Source: Hyaloraphidium curvatum SAG 235-1
Lineage: Eukaryota > Fungi > Monoblepharomycota
Direction of reading: 5' to 3'
Length of the DNA stretch: 64,000 nt
NCBI GenBank assembly: GCA_025558095.1
Contig: JAIVFI010000017.1
Coordinates: 496,001 to 560,000 of the forward strand
How positions within the stretch are numbered: the stretch's first letter is position 1; the number at the start of each line of letters is the position of its first letter. The notes beneath the pieces were generated by a model. That model did no database searches and was not told the origin of the DNA. It worked only from the letters and a program-made list of their open reading frames with translations. Below, piece by piece: positions 60,377 to 64,000 of the stretch. Both the position numbers and the translations under genes were made by a program.

Positions 60377-61998
60377 ATGGCGGAGCCGGTCCGCATGTCG
60401 CTGCTGTCCGGCGACGACGCCGACGCGCCCGCGGACCGCGACAACTTCCTGCCGCGCGAGTGGCTCGCGCTGGTGCCCGCGGAGCTTCCCCCCATCCACC
60501 CCCTCTCGGAATCCGACACCGACGGCGCGAAGCGCTGGGCCGCCGAGGACCCCGCCGCCGCCCTCCGTGCGGCAGAGCCGATCACGCGTGCCGCAATGCT
60601 GGACGCGTTCAGCGGCAGCCCACCCGCGAGCGCCAGCGCCTACGTCGCCATAACGTTCGAGCTGCCGCTTCCGTTCCACCTGCCAATCGTCGTGGCAAAC
60701 ATAGTCACTGTCATCGCCATTGCTGCATCGGCGTTCCGCACGAGCGAAGGCGCGTTCGGCACCGCACAGCTCGCCGCTGGTGTCGCCGCCATCGCGACGT
60801 ACATGCTCAGCTACCTGGGCTACTACCTCCTCCTGTTCGTTCGCCTGCCCCGAAATGCCGCAACCGCGCACTCTCCTGACGCGCTGGGCATCGCCCCTCT
60901 CGTTCGGTGGTCGCAGCTGGTCCGCTCCGAACCACGCGGCCCCCTCGTCCGCCACAAGGACGGTGATGCCTTGTGCCCGTGCGAGCGGCCTTCGTGCGCG
61001 GGAGGGGCCCCAAGCTCGACCGCGTCGCATGCCTGGCTCGGCATCGGGCTCCAAGTGACGTTCATGTATACGACCTTGGTTCTTCTTCTGGCGACGCCGC
61101 TGATCACATTGGGCGGCCGCCTGCTTGATCTCTGGTGGGGATGGCTTCTCACTCTTGTCTTTGGTGGGGCCCGTGTCTCCCGGTTCGTGACCGCAGCTCA
61201 CCACCCCGCAGCCCTCCTCGACGTGACGTACTTCTTCGTCGCAATCGGCCAGTTCACCTACCCCAACATCGCCCTTGCGGACCTGGAAGCCAAGCTGCAG
61301 CACCGCGCGGCCTCGGTCGCCCTCGCGCGGATGCTGGACCGGTACCGCGCCATTCTGCTCGCCGGCCCGGAGACTCCGCGCCCGGAGCGGCCCGAGCAGG
61401 ATCTATACATCCGGCTGCACTACCGCCTCTCGGCGCTGTGGCGTTCCCGCAACTCGCATGGCGTCCAGGTGTTCCGCTCGGTCTACACCGCTACCATTGT
61501 CCCGGCGCTCTTCCTGGGGATGGTCACCACCATGGTGCGTCTGTGTGCGCGCATGTGTCACGCTCTCAGTGAGTCTGATGCCCGTCCACACAGGCGACCG
61601 GAGGATGCCTTTCGGCGTGGCAGCTCGCCGCACTCGCCCAAGCGGTGCACTACGAGGTCAACAGCCTGCTCGGCCTCGCCGCGCTCAACGGCGTTCTGGA
61701 CGTCGCCGCGGACGTGTACCGCTCGGCGCGGCGTGAGGCCGACGTTCTCATTGCGGACGCCCTCCGCCGGGGGGACTCCCCGTCGTGGGCGCTGGAGGAG
61801 CTCAGGCAGCACGGGAGGGTGCTCTCTTCGTTCCTGGAGCTGGACGGGCTGCGCGCGCTCTTCTTCGGGTTCCCGATCAGCTACGGGCTGCTGAGGACGT
61901 TTGTGGCGACGAGCGTGACCCTGGGGATCGGGGCGTGGACGGTGCTGAGGACGCTGGGGGTGTTCGTGACGTTCGAGAGCGTGTGCCCAACGCGATGA
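60377..61998 (+). CDS. 7-TM membrane protein, GR/7TM-ion-channel-like architecture (paralog 2)
   Basis: RHKDGDALCPCERPSC. C-terminal ALFFGFPISYGLLRTFVATSVTLGIGAWTVLRTLGVFVTFESVCP is homologous to paralog 1. Confidence 0.55.
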
Positions 61999-62189
61999 GT
62001 GGCGGGCGCATGGTGGCTTTGCTTTGACTAGGGACCGGAGATCTGTGAGGTGGATTCAACAGACGGATGCGAACGATGAAGGCGACGCAGTTCCGATTCT
62101 ACGACTTAGCCACCGCAATTTATCCCACGACGAAAACAGACGCATCACGTCGGCCGGCCCATCCCAGCAGACAGCGGACCGATGTCCGC

Positions 62190-62626
62190 TCAGGTGTTCT
62201 CCGTGCACCCCCCAGTATCGCAACGCTGCCCAGACGGGCACGCTGTGGCCGGTTGCGCGGTTGATCAGCTTGCCACAACGTGCACACGATTCGCCTGCGG
62301 AAACGAACAAACGCACCATTCCCGCACCGTCCGCAGTTCTGGTCGCTCCAGTCGGTGTCGACACAGGACCCGGAGCAGCATGTTTTCGATCCCACCGCAG
62401 GCTGCCCGGGAGGTGGGGGGGGGGGGCGCGGAGGGGGTATAGGAGGATTGTCAGTTGCCGGCCGATGCGACCCCAGGGCGTGGAACATCGTACAACTACT
62501 GCAGCCTCCACAGTTGTTTGCATCGTCCTGAGTGTTGACGCAGACGCCAGCGCCGTCTCCGCATGTGTCCGGCAGCACCGGGGGGCAGTGACACACGCCG
62601 CCCGAGCAGGTCGAGCCGTCCGGGCA
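62190..62626 (-). CDS. 3' exons of a Cys-rich STIG1-like repeat protein (5' part not in view)
   Basis: CVNTQDDANNCGGC, CCSGSCVDTDWSDQNCGRCG, CPSGQRCDTGGC. CTGACAG acceptor at 62627. Confidence 0.6.
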
Positions 62627-62663
62627 CTGTCAGGACGGGGCGCGGGGGACCCGTAAAGACCTG

Positions 62664-64000
62664 TGTTGACGACGTTGAGGAGTCACTACACAGCACTGCG
62701 CCTAGTCTTCCCTCGCCGGGGACCACCGTCCCCCTTGCCCCGACGCCGGCGCGTTACATCACCCCCCCCCAACCGCCGCGTAGGACCCGGCTTGTCCGGA
62801 AAGCGGCGGTGAAAGTCGGCAACGGCGTCGGGGGCGTGCTGGAGGTGCTCCCACGGTTCCCATGAGCGCTCCGATGGAGGAAAGTCCTTCCAGTCGACCA
62901 AGTACTGCAAGTGATTGCGGAATCGGCGGGAATCCAGGATCTGGTTAACCTCGTACTCGGGTTCGCCGTCAATGATGTCCGGGGGTGGAGTCTCTGCGAC
63001 GCGGCCGGGAAAATCGGCGGTGTCCGAGGGAGTATAGGGTTCGAGAAGCGAGACGTGAAAAACGTCATGAATGCCCATCGTGGGCGGAAGATCCAATCGA
63101 AACGCAACGGGATTGATCTGCTCCTTAATGCGGTAGGGCCCGAGGTAGCGAACGTCGAGCTTGCGAGACGGTCGACGCGTACGAATATTGCGCGCCGATA
63201 GCCAAGCACGGTCGCCGACGCGGAAAACGGGAGCATCCTCACGACTGACGTCTGCGGAGTCTTTGTAGCGTTCCTGGGCCCGCTGGAGGTTCTCGCGAAG
63301 GACGTCGTGGAGGGCGCGAAGCTCCCGGATGCGTTCCTCGGCGGCGGGAACGCGCGGCGCGTCGGGTGCTAAAAAGTCGGCTCGCGGGTCGTAACCGTAG
63401 TTGGCGCGGAAAGGCGACATGCCAATGCTGGCGTGCACCGAGTTGTTGTACGCGAACTCGGCGAGCGGGAGCTGATTGAACCAGTCGTCCTGGGCGTAAT
63501 TGACGTAGGTCCGGAGGTACTGCTCCAAAATCTGATTGATGCGCTCCGTCTGGCCGTCCGACTCGGGGTGCGCGGCCGAGGAGCGGTAAAGCTTGATGTC
63601 CATGAGTCCAAGAAGCCTTTCCCAGAATTTGGCGATGAATTGCGGTCCGCGGTCGCTGACGATGTCGAAGGGGAAGCCGTGGAGGCGGAATATTTCGCGA
63701 AGGAAGAGCCGAGCGGTGTCGTCGGCGGAGAAGTCCTTCCGCGCGCCAGCAAAATGAGCCTGCTTGGTCGACCGATCGGCCACGACGAGCACGGCGTCGA
63801 ATCCCTCGGACTGGGGCAGGTCGGTGACGAAGTCTATACTGATCGAACGCCAAGGTCCGTCCGGGATTGGAAGTGGCTGGAGAAGGCCGTGCGGGGCATG
63901 GCGCGGGGCCTTGGTTCGCGTGCACGTCTCGCAGCTCCGAATGTAGCGGGCGACGGTGTCCCAAACACGCGGCCACCAAAAATCTCGCAATATGAGCTCC
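62664..64000 (-). mobile_element. Ty3/gypsy chromovirus LTR retrotransposon, 3' part: integrase + chromodomain (ORF 62686-63990), G9 polypurine tract 62762-62770, putative short 3' LTR 62664-62758
   Basis: CETC of the HHCC finger. SIDFV / VSDRG / DGQTER (DDE). GPY motif. Chromodomain EYEVNQILDSR..YLVDWK..SWEP. TGTAACG..CGTCAACA termini. Confidence 0.93.

Noticed and set aside
1-64000. Bacterial origin or contaminated contig, suggested by metH and the PhnB genes
   Set aside because: metH has spliceosomal introns, and the bacterial-type genes are interleaved with PEX16, PDA1, a Zn2Cys6 factor and a gypsy element.

Overview
This is gene-dense, GC-rich eukaryotic DNA with many short (~50-65 nt) GT-AG introns, which is why the ORF track is fragmented. 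It is most likely an early-diverging (zoosporic) fungus. The basis is inference: a fungal Zn2Cys6 factor and a chitin-deacetylase-like gene co-occur with B12-dependent MetH, CblD/MMADHC, BTG/Tob and TRAF-type genes. About 35 protein genes or fragments are recognisable, plus the 3' end of a chromodomain Ty3/gypsy element. Highlights: (1) a head-to-head cobalamin pair, cblD/MMADHC and metH. (2) A 392-nt first intron in metH that folds by eye into a multi-way junction with a 7-bp kissing loop, a candidate metabolite-sensing splicing element. (3) A 505-bp copy of a neighbouring gene inserted with a perfect 9-bp target-site duplication into a MYND-family paralog, leaving an open chimeric ORF. (4) Two paralogous 7-TM proteins with gustatory-receptor/7TM-ion-channel-like architecture. 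(5) Tandem RING-TRAF genes, one with duplicated alternative last exons. (6) A RanBP2-ZnF/AlkB gene next to an AP endonuclease. (7) Several intronless bacterial-type genes. All calls come from motif recognition by eye. No searches or folding programs were run.
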